From Octopus vulgaris (taxonomy: Eukaryota), in contig OX597816.1 of assembly GCA_951406725.2 (NCBI GenBank), positions 46,190,001 to 46,254,000 on the forward strand: a DNA stretch of 64,000 bases, written 5' to 3'. The position numbers were made by a program, and so were the translations under genes. This document shows positions 1 to 13,321 of this stretch, in pieces. Under the pieces are notes generated by a model. The model was not told the DNA's origin. It did no database searches and saw nothing but the letters and a program-made list of their open reading frames with translations. Position 1 is the first letter of the stretch. Each line of letters begins with the position of its first letter.

Positions 1-479
1 TGCAAGACATCATTCTCAGTCAATGTATATAGCAGCAGTAATATATGACAATATATATCGCATAAAATCCAAGTGTTAAAATTATTTTAAAACAGAGATG
101 GATACAGGCAATGTGCTTTAGATGCAAAGGAAATACACATGCATTGGTAACTGGTACACTGCATTAAAATCACTTGAGTTTTTATCCTAGTATTAACCAA
201 CTAGCAATAAAAAATTTGCAACACTGCTACAGAAAAAATGCAGAATTCTTGTATACTGAATTACAATAGTTTGAAAGTATCTAGTGTAAGGTTTATCTAT
301 TTACCATGAAGCCCATCATACTGCAAGCTATAAGTAATTCATTGCTAACAATGATAGAAATCTAACATAATTTCATTAAGAGATATTCTGCCAACTATTT
401 ACATTAGACTTTGTTACTTTGTTATCATTGAACAATTAATGGCTTTTCAACCACTAACACAATCTCATCTGAATAGCCT

Positions 480-650
480 GCATGCATATGTGTATCTGAG
501 TATATGTGCATTATATACACACACACACACACACGCGTGTGTGTGTGTATGTGTGAGTGTGTGTGTAAGAGAGTTTATGTATGTATATATGCATGTAAGC
601 ATATATAAATCTATACCTGTATGCATGTATGTATGTGTATATATACACAC

Positions 651-707
<57 letters not shown>

Positions 708-734
708 CACACATATATATATATATGCATATGT

Positions 735-797
<63 letters not shown>

Positions 798-1010
798 GAT
801 AGATAGATAGATATATATTTCTATATATGTATATATGTATGTATATGTTATATATATGTATGCATATATATATATATATATATATTTATATGCATGCATA
901 TATGTGTATATACGATATATGTATATATTTTTATATATGTATATTTATATATATATGTGTGTGTGTGTGTGTACATATATATCTGTGTATATACACACAC
1001 ACACACATTA
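480..1010. repeat. Compound (TA)n/(CA)n/(TG)n microsatellite tract, representative of dozens across the window
   Basis: Directly visible dinucleotide repeats; source of the [12 protein letters not shown] pseudo-ORFs. Confidence 0.95.
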
Positions 1011-1039
1011 AACATACCTAGCACACACTGTAAATTGGA

Positions 1040-1186
1040 AGGCATTAGGAAGGGTATCCAGCCATAGGAGCCAAGCCAAATCAGACTGGAACTTTGTGCA
1101 GCTCTCCAGCCTGCCAGCTTTGATCAAACCATCCAACCCATAACAGCATGGAAAATAGACATTAAAGGATGATGATGATGATGATG

Positions 1187-1218
<32 letters not shown>
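1040..1218 (+). mobile_element. Decayed RTE-type 3' tail ending in (GAT)n
   Basis: ggcattaggaagggtatccagc...ccaaccca...gcatggaaaa...ttaaa(gat)n matches the 3' end of the RTE at 37292-37440 (-) and 33240-33391 (+). Confidence 0.7.
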
Positions 1219-3078
1219 AATGGTAAAAGATTTTGTAAGTACTATAATCTTTTTGAAGACAAACTAAAATCTGATATTAGAAACTTTAGAAGCTTTACAA
1301 ATATGTTCATATTTTCTGATTAGACAAATAACCTGTATGAAGTCAATGATATATATACACATATTTGTACGTATATGTATGTATGTATGTATGAATGTGT
1401 ATGTATGTATGTATGTATGTATGCATGCATGCATGCATGCATGTATGTATGAATATATGTATGTATGTATGTATGTGTCTGTGTGTATGTGTGCATCCTA
1501 ACTATGGAACTCTGCTATGACCAAGAATTAACAAAGAGCATAAATATATACCTATATACATATATAACATGCATATGTACATGCATGCATATGTACATAC
1601 ATGCATACACAACACACATAACACATACACACACACACACACACACACACTCATATATACACAGACTGACATACCTATGTAGACAAATAATCTCTGTGAT
1701 AACTGCAATTCTTTCAGTAACTCTAAATGTACCTTTTAGGTATCCTTTTTTAATGGACAACAAATTAACTGAAAAAATAATAATATAATTATTCTTTTAT
1801 AATCTGACAAGAATTCAGGCGATGTTTTTTTGAATGGTAATATAAAGTGACAATAGATTAATTGAAATGAAATAAGAGAAGAATTTCTGGAGGTGAAATC
1901 CATCTGTTGTTCTAACCAGAATCAAATTATTGAAATGTTGCTCACACACAATAATGTATGCCTTGGTGTGTATTTATTCTTCTGTTTCAGTTAATTGTAC
2001 TTATACTATTATGTGTGGGTGTGTGTCTATGAATCTCAGAAGGTGCTTGTCAAGGCCCGTTAAAGAGTGACCATTGGTTTTGCACCTATAAAGCACTTAG
2101 CTGTACAGGTGGCTTGCCAGACTTGTTGGTTGGAGGTACATAACCTCTCTACAACTGTAGGTAGAAATACGCCACAGTCAGATAATTTTGTAAATAAAAA
2201 ATTCCAGAATGAAATTCTGCTGGCAATAAATTTGGGTGAGGTGAAATTATCTCCCTTTGGTCAGTTTCAGTTATATCCAAAACAGGGGTCAGCTTATAGT
2301 GATTACTTTTCCCTAATCAGCAACTGGGGACTTCCATGTTTTCAACATGAATTTCCTCTGATTAGGGCACTGACTAAACATCTTTTTTTTTTAGTTTAAG
2401 AAGGTCCCTGGATCAAGTGAGTTTTTCAGGATTCTTGCTCTTTTAGCTAAGTAAAATTTACATCATTTGCTCCCATTCAGTATGTTCTAGGAGCCTCCAT
2501 TTAATTATATATTATGCACCCTCCTCTTATACATGCCATGTGTAACTGGCCAGGGTTGTGATTTTGCACCTCTCTGGTATCCTGATGGAGGGCCTGTGAT
2601 TGTTCATACGATGCTTGAATGGATCCTCTACAGATTCATATATTTCTGTGTCTGTGCTCTTGTACTAGTGGTGTTACAGCTGCTATTGTTGCTGTTGTTA
2701 CCACTGTTGTCACTGCTGGATCCAATTTTGGTGGTGATGCTGCTGCTGGTATCACTGCCATTGTTGCTGTTGTTGTTGGATGCAATACTGGTGCTGTAGA
2801 TGACATCATCATAATCTCTGTTGTTGCTGGTGTCATATGCATTGCTGGTGTTGTTGCTACTGTGGTAGCTGTGGTTATTGCCACCATAGCTGCAACTTCC
2901 ACATGGCATACTACTAGCATTGGTTTCACGGCTGCCATTCATGCTGCAATTGTTGTTGCTGCTGTTGTTACTATTGTATGTATGTATGTATGTATGTATG
3001 TATGTATACATGTATGTATGCATGTATGTATACATGTATGTATGCATGTATGTATGTATGCATGTATATATATATATC

Positions 3079-3112
<34 letters not shown>

Positions 3113-3530
3113 AGAAGCTGAATTGAACATGCTTTCTTCTGTATCACTTTAATTGTTTCAACACCAGCTGTTCATTGCTGAACGTTACATATGATGTAAA
3201 CAACAGTGTGTTAATATCAATCAGCAATAGAGGCATATGCATGTCTTCAGGTGAGTAGAATAAAAAACCCTGTTATATAATATTTTGATTTTCCACATTG
3301 TGTACCTAAACCAAAATACTATTTTTAATACTGTATAAACAAAACTACAAATGTCTAAAAGACAAATAATAACAAAGTAAAGGAAACAGAGAACAAGGAA
3401 CAGGATACTCATTCAGCCTTAAGGCATATTTGGTAGCTGTTATCCACGTCAGTGCTTTGGAAAGCACCCTATAAGGTTTTATTTTACTCAGATTTTATTA
3501 ATATACAAATGTATATATAGATCTATCAGC

Positions 3531-3621
<91 letters not shown>

Positions 3622-3633
3622 TATATATATATA

Positions 3634-3691
<58 letters not shown>

Positions 3692-3959
3692 GAAATCATA
3701 CAAAATACTTACAAGCACCCATGGAAAAAAGCTTTTTTCCATGGGTGCTTGTAAGTATTTCATTTATTTCTTATCGTATTCTCTACTGAAGAGGGAAAAA
3801 ATCTGTGGGATTAATCCCGAGACTTTCTCAAGATCAGCAAATGCAGGCTGCAGTATGTCAAATGAAGTCCCAAGTCAAGCGAGATGACACTTTCTCCAGA
3901 TCATTAAATGCATGCTGTAGCACATCAGATGGAGTCACAATACAGAAGAGAGATCAGAC

Positions 3960-4300
3960 TTTTCCAAAATTTCCCAAATGAAATTAATGACATGTGCTGC
4001 TCAGGCAGTAAGGTAATATTGCCAGCATCACTAGCTCCTCCTCAACCTTTTATAGATCTTCTGGAAGGCATAGGATTTCCTGAACAATATCAGACAATAC
4101 AACTCTGCATTCAAATGACATCGTTTGGTGCATCTAAGGAGATAGTTGAACATGGATTTACACCAACATTCAAAGTTCAAGGGCAAGTCTATCACCTCAT
4201 TGCTTCCCTGTTACCCACAAATGTACAATTACAGTTCCTCCAAATTCACTTCGTGAGTGATGTAGGACAACAAATCCGAAGGAGGTGTCAAAACTTCAGA
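3960..4300 (+). pseudogene. Helitron RepHel N-terminal fragment
   Basis: Translation MCCSGSKVILP..PPQPFIDLLEG..QMTSFGA..GFTPTFKVQGQVYHLIASLLP..QFLQIHF matches the Helitron RepHel N-terminal motif series; no Rep catalytic or helicase region follows. Confidence 0.8.
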
Positions 4301-4306
4301 AGATGG

Positions 4307-4366
4307 GTCATGTTACATGTAGTCATGTTACATGTAGTCATGTTACATGTAGTCATGTTACATGTA
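4307..4366 (+). repeat. Four perfect tandem copies of 15-bp GTCATGTTACATGTA
   Basis: Units at 4307, 4322, 4337 and 4352. Confidence 0.95.
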
Positions 4367-4649
4367 GGACCTGGATACTCCAAAGAGAGGCATGACATGT
4401 TGCTTGGCCAAATTAGCCCATCATTTACTCCACAAATCTCAGGCCTCTCTTTGGAGTATTCCAGGTCCTAACCTATCATGGAAATTGTGGGTGGTGGGTA
4501 TGTGATTTTTTAATGCACTGAAAAGCTGTCAGTGGATATACTCTCCTTTGTGGCAGTCAGCACTGCGTCTAACACGACCCATCATCTGAAATTTTGACAC
4601 CTCCTTCATATTTGTTGTCCTACATCACTCACGAAGTAAATATGTGTGT

Positions 4650-4832
4650 ATGCTTCTGTGTCTGAGTTTGTTCCACCCACCATCGCTTGACAACCAATGC
4701 TGGTGTGTTTATGCCGCTGTAACTTAGCAGTTTGGCAAAAGAATAAGTCCTGGGCTTGAGTTGTTTGACTAAAAGCAGTGTTCCAGCATGGCTGTAGTCA
4801 AATGACTGAAACAAATAAAAGAATAAAAGAAG
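4650..4832 (+). mobile_element. SINE family A, 3' half
   Basis: cttgacaaccaatgctggtgtg...ccagcatggc..agtcaaatgactgaaac..taaaagaa tail shared with full copies. Confidence 0.8.
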
Positions 4833-4838
4833 AAGAAT

Positions 4839-4878
<40 letters not shown>

Positions 4879-5025
4879 TTACACATATATTTATGAATAT
4901 TTATATACATATATATATATACATGCATCTATATATATAAATATATGTATATATACATATATATGCATAAATATATATGTATATATATATGCATAAAATA
5001 TACATATATATACACACATTTTATA

Positions 5026-5066
<41 letters not shown>

Positions 5067-5195
5067 GCATATATGTATTTGTTTATATATACGCATTTAT
5101 ACGTATATATATATATATTTATATATATGCATGCGTACATATATTTATATATATATGCATATATATTTTTATATATAATTATATACACATACACA

Positions 5196-5242
<47 letters not shown>

Positions 5243-5243
5243 C

Positions 5244-5276
<33 letters not shown>

Positions 5277-5764
5277 CTTCTGGAGTGGTTAAGAGGGAGA
5301 AGAGAAGAGAAAATGCTAGTATACTGTTGTGCAGTAAATAATTTCTGAATGTGTGATGTAGGATGTACAGGAAGTGACTTTATTATGGAGGAAATACTGG
5401 ATGTTTTTGCGAGACAGCTGTCATTGATAAGTAAAGCTAACAAGTTTTAAAAAAGCAAAAACAAAAAAAAAACAGTGTGTGTGTGTGTATGTACATGTGT
5501 ATATGTATATGAATCTATCTTTCTGTATGCTCTCTCTTTTCATGTGTGTGCGTGTGTGTGTCTGTGTGTGCATATAAATCTTGATGGTTATAGGTTCACA
5601 GTGCTGTGAATTGTAATTATGCAAAAAATAGCTCTCACTATATCCATACATACAAATGATATATATATATATATATTTATAATATATAAATATATGTTTG
5701 TGTGTGTCTGTGTATATAAATGTACATAAATGTATACACATGCAAATATGCACATTTATATACA

Positions 5765-5837
<73 letters not shown>

Positions 5838-6050
5838 ACACATACATATGCATAAATGTGGAAACATACAATGTGTGTGTATGTTATGCTTACACATACA
5901 TTCATGCATATACATTTGTATATAGACATATATAGAATAGTAATAAAGATTAGCAGATCTAAAAAAATACAAATGACCCAATCCCTGAAGGAAGATTACA
6001 TCGGAAGTGTTGTTTTCAACATTGTATGTTTGTGTATATATTTGTGTATG

Positions 6051-6111
<61 letters not shown>

Positions 6112-6539
6112 ACATCTATCTATGTTTGTGTGTGTGTGTCTGTGTATGTGTGTGTGTGTGTCTATATTATTATTATTATTATTATTATTATAAATTTTTT
6201 GAGGGTGATGGTAACTGAATAGTTATGCAAAAACAACAACAACAAAAAAAAAAACAGAAGTGCTGATCTTGCAAACGAAAGCTTTAACATTTCAGAAAAA
6301 AAGGAGAATGAAATATTTAAGGTTACAAAATGTTAATAAATTATTTAAAAAGTAATAATAATATAATACATGAAAATATGAAGTACAAACTGAATACAGC
6401 ACACACACACACGTACATATACACTTTATTTGTATGTGTGCATATGTTTGTGTGAGTGTCTCTGTGTGTGGTATGTGTGTGTGAGTGTGTGTGTGAGTAT
6501 GCTTGTATATATATATATATATATGCACACACATTTATG

Positions 6540-6614
<75 letters not shown>

Positions 6615-6696
6615 TATTTGAGGGAATAAAATCCAAACTTACAATTGATAAAAATTGATAAAATTAGTTTTTTTTCTAATATTTTATATATCTATA

Positions 6697-6734
<38 letters not shown>

Positions 6735-6745
6735 TTATATACATA

Positions 6746-6780
<35 letters not shown>

Positions 6781-6848
6781 TTATATATATACATACATAC
6801 ATACATACATACATACATACATACATACATACATACATACATACATAC

Positions 6849-6900
<52 letters not shown>

Positions 6901-6934
6901 TATATACACACACACACAACCACTGTACTATTAC

Positions 6935-7235
6935 ATGTGGATCGTTGTTGAGAGAGAGGTCATTGACATTGCCCATAACACCAAAGATTCTTTGAAAGCT
7001 GCCATAGTCAGAGTAATTTCCAAAACGAACCTGGACCACTTGATTCAAGCATGTAGACGATTTAGAGCTCATATAGAAGCAGTTGTTGATGCTGAAGGTG
7101 GCTTTATTGAATACCATTATGGAAAAGAAGGTTTATTTTTATCTTCATAGCATTTTTGATAAATAAAGTTACTATCTGTTATATATCTATTTTTTTATAA
7201 ACATAAATCTGTCCTCAAATATCTTACGCACCCTA
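6935..7235 (+). mobile_element. Tc1/mariner (maT/DD37D-like) right-end remnant with transposase C-terminus and TIR
   Basis: [33 protein letters not shown]; terminal aaatatcttacgcaccct-TA is the reverse complement of the left TIR at 44312. Confidence 0.75.
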
Positions 7236-7844
7236 TATGTGTGTGTGTGTATACATGTATGCACACACACACAGATACTCACACACACACATTGATCCAT
7301 GCGTACATGTTTACAGTTATATATATATTTCATATATATATATATGTATGTATATATACACACACAGGTGTATATACATATGTTCTAATGATTCTGATTT
7401 GTTGAATTTTTGTTGATCATCATCATCATCATCATCGTACATTAAATATACTGACAGATATATATATTGACAAGCCAAAACAGCTTGTCTTGATTGCGAC
7501 TGTTTGTTATTTTCATTTCATTTCCCTATTCTCTTTTATTATTAAATTTTATTTGAACTGGTACAAATTTCTTCTTGTAATTTTTATTCTATATATTATT
7601 TAATTCAATGTTTTTTTTTTTGGTTCTTTGATTGTAGTGAAGGGGTGGACCCAAGAAAATATTTTTTTCTTTTGTTCTTTGTGTACAGTCTCTGCTTTTA
7701 CAATGTATCTTCTTATACACTTAAAACAATTGAAATTCATCTTACATCTTCCTTCCAATGTGTTTCCTTTCAATTTTGATATAATCTTTTTCTGAACATT
7801 ATTAAATCAAATTTACTTATGTTATAAAAATAAAAATAAAAAGC

Positions 7845-9470
7845 AAGACCCCCACCAATGACTTCCACAATGCAACTATCATCACCATCTACAAAAAGGG
7901 AGACCTAGAAGATTGCAACAACTATTGGGGCATCTCACTTCTGAGTATTGCAAGTAAGATCTTTGCCCATATCCTACTACTCCCTGAGTCCCAGTGTAGC
8001 TTTCGACCCTCTCGAAGCACAATCAACATGATCCTTTGTGCCCATCAACTCCAGGAGAAGCGTCAGGAACACCGACAGCCTGCAATGTTCATCTTCTGGG
8101 ATCTAAAGAAAGCCTTTGACAAGGTTCTCTGTCTTGCAATGCGGGCCGTCCTTGCCCGGTTTGGATGTCTGGAGGACTTTACTGCCTTGGTCCACTCCCT
8201 TTGTGACAGCATGGTGGGTAGGGTATGCCATCAAAATGCCCTCACAGACCCATTTCCCATCCCTGGAGGTCTTAAGCAAGGATGTGTCCTGACACCAACC
8301 TGTATCTCTTTGTACATGGCTGCTATGTTCAGTGAAATCCCAGAAGACTCACCTTCCATGAACATGCACTCTCACTTGGACAGCAGACTCTTCAATCTTG
8401 CACATCTCTGTGCAAAGATGAGGGCCTCAGTCCATGAGATACAGTATGCCAATGACAATGCCATGCTGAACCAGACCACAGATGGTCTACAAAGGATGGC
8501 CAATCTTTACAACGTGACTTACGAATACTTTGGGATGCAGGTAAACACATTAAAAACCAAGACACTAATCCAACTTGCATCAGGCCATTACAGTCCACCC
8601 ACAAACATTAGCATCAATGGGCAACCCCTAGTAGAAGTTGAACACTTCACATACCTTGGAAGTATCCTTTCAAAGATCCCCACATGTGAAAAGGATGTGG
8701 AGAACCAGACTGGGGCAGCCCACTCCACCTTCAGTAGACTCAGCCAACGTGTATTCTTCAATCACACACTGACCATCTGGACAAAGATCATGGTCTTCCA
8801 TGCCATTGTCCTGCCAACTCTATGCTTGTGAGACTTAGTTGTTGTACTGCCGTGAATTCAAGTGCCTTGAATGCTTCCAGCAATCGAAGCTACGACAAAT
8901 CCTCAACATACAATGGGAAGATCACGTTACCAACAATGAGGTTCTTCACTACACCTCACTACCAAGAGTCGAAGCCACTATTCTTCACCATCATCTCCAT
9001 TGGGCAGGTCACGTCCAGTGTATGGAGCCCTCTCATCTCCCAAGGATCATGCTCTACGGAGAACTTGCAATCGGAACAAAACCCAGAGGATGTCCGAAAT
9101 TCCGTTTTAAAGACCAACTCAAATGGACCTTGGCTCAAGCTAACATCCAACCATCCTCATGGGAACAGATCGCCATGGGTAGGACAGCCGAGAGAACCAG
9201 ACTGGGGCAGCCCACTCCACCTTCAGTAGACTCAGCCAACTCCTTCAAGCAGAGCAGACAACAGAATGAGGAGGCAACATGCAGGAGAAGAAAGGAGTGT
9301 CTTCAACATCCTCAACCTGCCCCAATTATCCCATGCAAGTTCTGCCTATGACTCTTTCACCACCAACCTGGACTCTAAAGTCACTTTCGGCACAAACATC
9401 AGCTGAGGAGACTGGACGGAAACTGTCAGACCCAATGCTCAGATACAAGCTGGAGCCAACTATTATTAGC
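7845..9470 (+). pseudogene. RTE-clade (BovB-like) LINE ORF2 remnant: RT plus C-terminus, degenerate
   Basis: NYWGISLLS, QLQEK, DLKKAFDKV, GLKQGCVL, QYAND (decayed YADD), FTYLGS, WAGHV, RFKDQLK; frameshifts and stops. Confidence 0.9.
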
Positions 9471-9675
9471 ACTTTGGTTTTGGATGAGGAGACATTATAG
9501 AGACTGGTTAGAAGAAAAGTTTGGGTTTACATGGAGATTGCAGTGAGTCAATGAGAACCAACACTGAGCTGTTCAAAGTAGCAGTGTTGTATAAGAACAT
9601 CAAGTACAAGTGTAATGTGATGAGAAGAGAGTAATTTGTACCTTGCAAAACCCAGGGCACAAATAAAGGTACAGT

Positions 9676-9965
9676 CCTTGTGTGCCTCAGTGACCCTGAG
9701 AGCTATGCTAGTAGAGCACCAGCTCTAAGTAGGGCCACCCATATTGGATGAGTCAAAGTATACAAGCCAGATGAATATGAACTGTCTCTTGCCAGAGGTA
9801 AAAGTGGGGCTGAAGAAAGCCAACACTCATACCAAGATAAAAAGCAAAGTTACAGAAGCATTGAGGAGAATTCAGAACCAACAAGACCTGCAGTATTGAG
9901 AACAGTGGAGAAAAGTCATTGACAGCCAATCCTCAATAGGGGACAAAGGGCTTAAGAGAGTAAAT
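9676..9965 (+). mobile_element. Possible short RTE derivative (5'UTR-like segment joined to 3'-end-like segment)
   Basis: gtgcctcagtgaccctgagagctatgc..tagggccacccat resembles RTE/Expander 5'UTRs as I recall them; downstream reads like ..QWRKVID.. RTE terminus. Confidence 0.4.
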
Positions 9966-11195
9966 AAGTAAAAGTTAGGAAAACTATGGGATCCTATGCC
10001 CTCCAACCTCAACATTACACAGCCTCTTAGCTTTTCTAATTTGACCCCACTGGATTGCTGTATCTGGGGTTTCATAAGAAGAGGGTAGGGACTGGATTGC
10101 TGCTTCAAAATATCAAGCTGTCATTGTGAGTGGGATGACTGGCATAGGTGGGACCCACCTTATCCTGTCACTATGCAGTTATGCTCATGGTCATAATGGA
10201 ACCATTATCTAGGCTGTGGAGTTTTGTTGAAAGACCCATTTCTTTGTTGTATGTAGTTAAATATTTGTACTTTTCTTTCTGGGGGTATGATTTTTTTTTC
10301 TTTAATTCTTCCTTTTTCTTGTATTTTGCTTGAATTGCTTGTCGCACCTGGTATGTGCATGTGTACGTGTGTTTATGAATGTGTGTATGCATATATGCAT
10401 GTGTGTGTGTGATTGCATGTGATTTGCTGATGCATGTCAGCAAAAAATGTAAATATCAGCAAAAAATATAAAAAAGCCCCATAAAACCAATTCTCTGGAG
10501 AACAAAGTCCCTTGTAATATTTGTTCCATATCTAGCTACAGACACTCCTTTGTGTCTCTCACCTACAAGAGATACAGTGAAACAACAACTTATGTATTGG
10601 AAACCTGTAATACTTGTAATCAATGACACTGTTGTTCATCAATTGTGATACAAACAGAATAAATAGAAATAAATAATAGAAAGAAGAGATGACAGAGATT
10701 CTATAAAACATTTACCATTTATGTCCAGTCTTGGAGATATTATTCAAAGATAACAAACAAAGATGACTCCAGTCCTATTACAGTTTTACGTATTTTTTTA
10801 TATTTTTACTATTTTCCCTCTATTTGTCTCTGTGTGGTCTGTATGTGAAGTGCAGAGCTGCTTTTGTTTGAGCATTTTTTTTCATAAACAGATTGGTACT
10901 CTTCCTACTGTTAACCATTCAACAATGACAAGAGACTGTTTTTTTGATTTTTCATTTTTTAATTTTTCTATGTCCATCAGGTACAGTGGAAACAAGCAGA
11001 GTTATTTTAAATGATTGCTCAGGTGTGCAACCTGAGCTATAGCTAAATAGATCTAAATAAATCTGTGAGATGACAGTGGAATATATTATTTATAAAGCTT
11101 TTGTTTCATTTGATAAATTTATCAATAAATAACTTGACTTCAGTTAAAACAAAACAGAAAAAAAAGAGATATCCTATTTATATTTTATAATACAA

Positions 11196-11775
11196 GGCGG
11201 CAGTCTGCCAGAAGTGTCAGACTTCTATATTTGTTCTAGCTCCTTACCATTTGAGTTCAAATTCCACTGAAGTCAGCATAATGTTTCATTTCTCCTGCAA
11301 GATTGATATAATAAAGTAGTATTAGTATTCTAGGGTGGTGGGTGAAAAGGTGGAATTGTTAAATCTTTGGACAAAATTCTTTGCAATATTTATCCCGGGT
11401 TTTTACATTCTGAGTTCAGATCTTGCTGAAGTCAGTTTTGTCTTCATCTTTCCAATGTCAGTAAAATACAGTACCTGTCAACATAAGCCCAAAGTCAATC
11501 ACATCCCCTAAAACTTGTGGGGAGGGGCAAGGTCCAACCCAGGATGTTCAACATCCTGGGTTGGACCTGCGTTTGCATCCCCTAAGTAAATTTCATTTCC
11601 ATACTTATGGTACTTTTATTTTATGAAGGCCAGAAGGATGAAAGGCAAAGCTAACCTCGGTGAAATTTAAACTCAGAATCTTTTCTACTCTAAGCACAAG
11701 GCCCGAAATTTTGGGCGAGGTGGCCAGTCAATTACATCGACCCCAGTATGCAACTGGTACTTAATTTATCGACCA
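11196..11775. mobile_element. Cluster of decayed SINE family D copies in both orientations
   Basis: Repeated gagttcaaattcc..gaagtcag..tttcat..aaagtac motifs and their reverse complements. Confidence 0.65.
11530..11568. repeat. Perfect palindrome with 19-bp arms and 1-nt centre
   Basis: aggtccaacccaggatgtt-c-aacatcctgggttggacct. Confidence 0.95.
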
Positions 11776-11806
11776 GCGCAGGAATCGTTGTGTGGTAAGT
11801 AGCCAT

Positions 11807-12208
11807 GGCGCAGGAGTGGCTGTGTGGTAAGTTATCTTACTTACCAACCACATGGTTCCAGGTTCAGTCCCACTGTGTGGCACCTTGCGAAAGTGTCTTC
11901 TACTATAGCCTCGGGCCGACCAAAGCCTTGTGAGTAGATGTGGTAGATGGAAACTGAAAGAAGCCTGTCATATATATGTATGTGTATATATATATATATA
12001 TGTGTGTATCTGTTTGTCCCCCCAACATCACTTGACAACTGATGCTGGTGCGATTGCATCCCCGTCACTTAGCAATTTGGCAAAATAGACCAATAGACGA
12101 AGTACTAGGCTTACAAAGAATAAGTCCTGGGGTCGATTTGCTCGACTAAAGGTGGTGCTCCAGCATGGCCGCAGTCAAATGACTGAAACTAGTAAAAGGG
12201 TAAAGAGT
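11807..12208 (+). mobile_element. tRNA-headed SINE family A, full length
   Basis: A-box tggctgtgtggtaag, B-box ggttcagtccc, CORE-like gtggcaccttg, internal TA/TG microsatellite, gtaaaa-type tail. Confidence 0.9.
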
Positions 12209-12597
12209 AGGGGAGGGTGGTGTCTGTGTGTGCTGACTACTACATCAGACTTCTAAAACAGATACAAGTGAAGGAATGATGCTGGCTGTTACCAAGTCAT
12301 ATTTGGTAATGAATTGATGGCTGACTCGTTAGTTATCAAAGTATAGAAGGGTCAGTTGACTCTGTCCATTTTTAAGCACAAAAACAAAAGCTAACAAATT
12401 AATTGGGCAAACATCCAAAATCAGATTTGGAACTCTAATCATCTACTTTGCGTTCTTTCTATTTCTAGTTAATTTCCAAGGTAATGTCGAACTGTTGAGA
12501 AAACTAATGAGAAGCTTCAAAATATAGAATCAATAAAATAAGTACCAATAATATCATCATTATTATCACCATTGCTGCTGTCATTACCATTGTCGTT

Positions 12598-12629
<32 letters not shown>

Positions 12630-12970
12630 AATTGTTGTTGTCATCTTTGTTATCATCATCATCATTATGATCGTCATCAACATCATCACCACCAACATCA
12701 CCATCATCATCATCATCATTATTGATGAGAGGCTCTACACTTTTACTCAATCCACTAGAAATAGCAGCTAAGTCTCCCTCAGATCTCACCCCTACTATCT
12801 TAAAGAAGGAAGACCACATTAAATAATATAATTTATTCATAGGAAAAAAACCCCAAAATAGCAAGATGGTTTTGGTCAGAATGTCCTTTGATCGTTGGTT
12901 GTCTCAATCCAGCTCTGACTTGAAACTAAACTACTACTACTATTGCTTCTACTACTACTACTACTACTAC

Positions 12971-13020
<50 letters not shown>

Positions 13021-13021
13021 G

Positions 13022-13270
13022 TCAAACTGTTCCGTGCTGGTGGCACGTAAAAAGCACCAACCGATCATGGCCATTGCCAGCCTCCCCCGGCACGTAAAAA
13101 GCACCCACTACACTCACAGATTGGTTGGTGTTAGGAAGGGCATCCAGCTGTAGAAACACTGCCAGATCAGACTGGAGCCTGGTGCAGCCTCCTGGCTTCC
13201 CAGACCCCGGTCAAACCGTCCAACCCATGCTAGCATGGAAAACGGACATTAAACGATGATGATGATGATG
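13022..13270 (+). mobile_element. RTE 3'UTR remnant with (GAT)n tail
   Basis: High similarity to 33190-33391. Confidence 0.8.
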
Positions 13271-13321
13271 AAACTAAACAACATTTAATAGTACCACACA
13301 GTAGTAGAAGCAACGATAGTA

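Noticed and set aside
2619-3113. Val/Ala-rich ORF resembling a membrane protein
   Set aside because: Degenerate (GTT/GCT)n low-complexity tract, open on both strands
3140-3255. Minus-strand CUGAAGA...GAAACAAUU hammerhead-like spacing
   Set aside because: No UH cleavage site and poor stem II closure; at most a relic
3786-3830. CUGAAGA plus ggga/tccc stem followed by GAGAC
   Set aside because: GAAA is mutated and there is no stem I or III partner; truncated
9403-9432. CUGAGGA...GAAACUGUC string
   Set aside because: Neither stem I nor stem II can form; lies in the RTE 3' end
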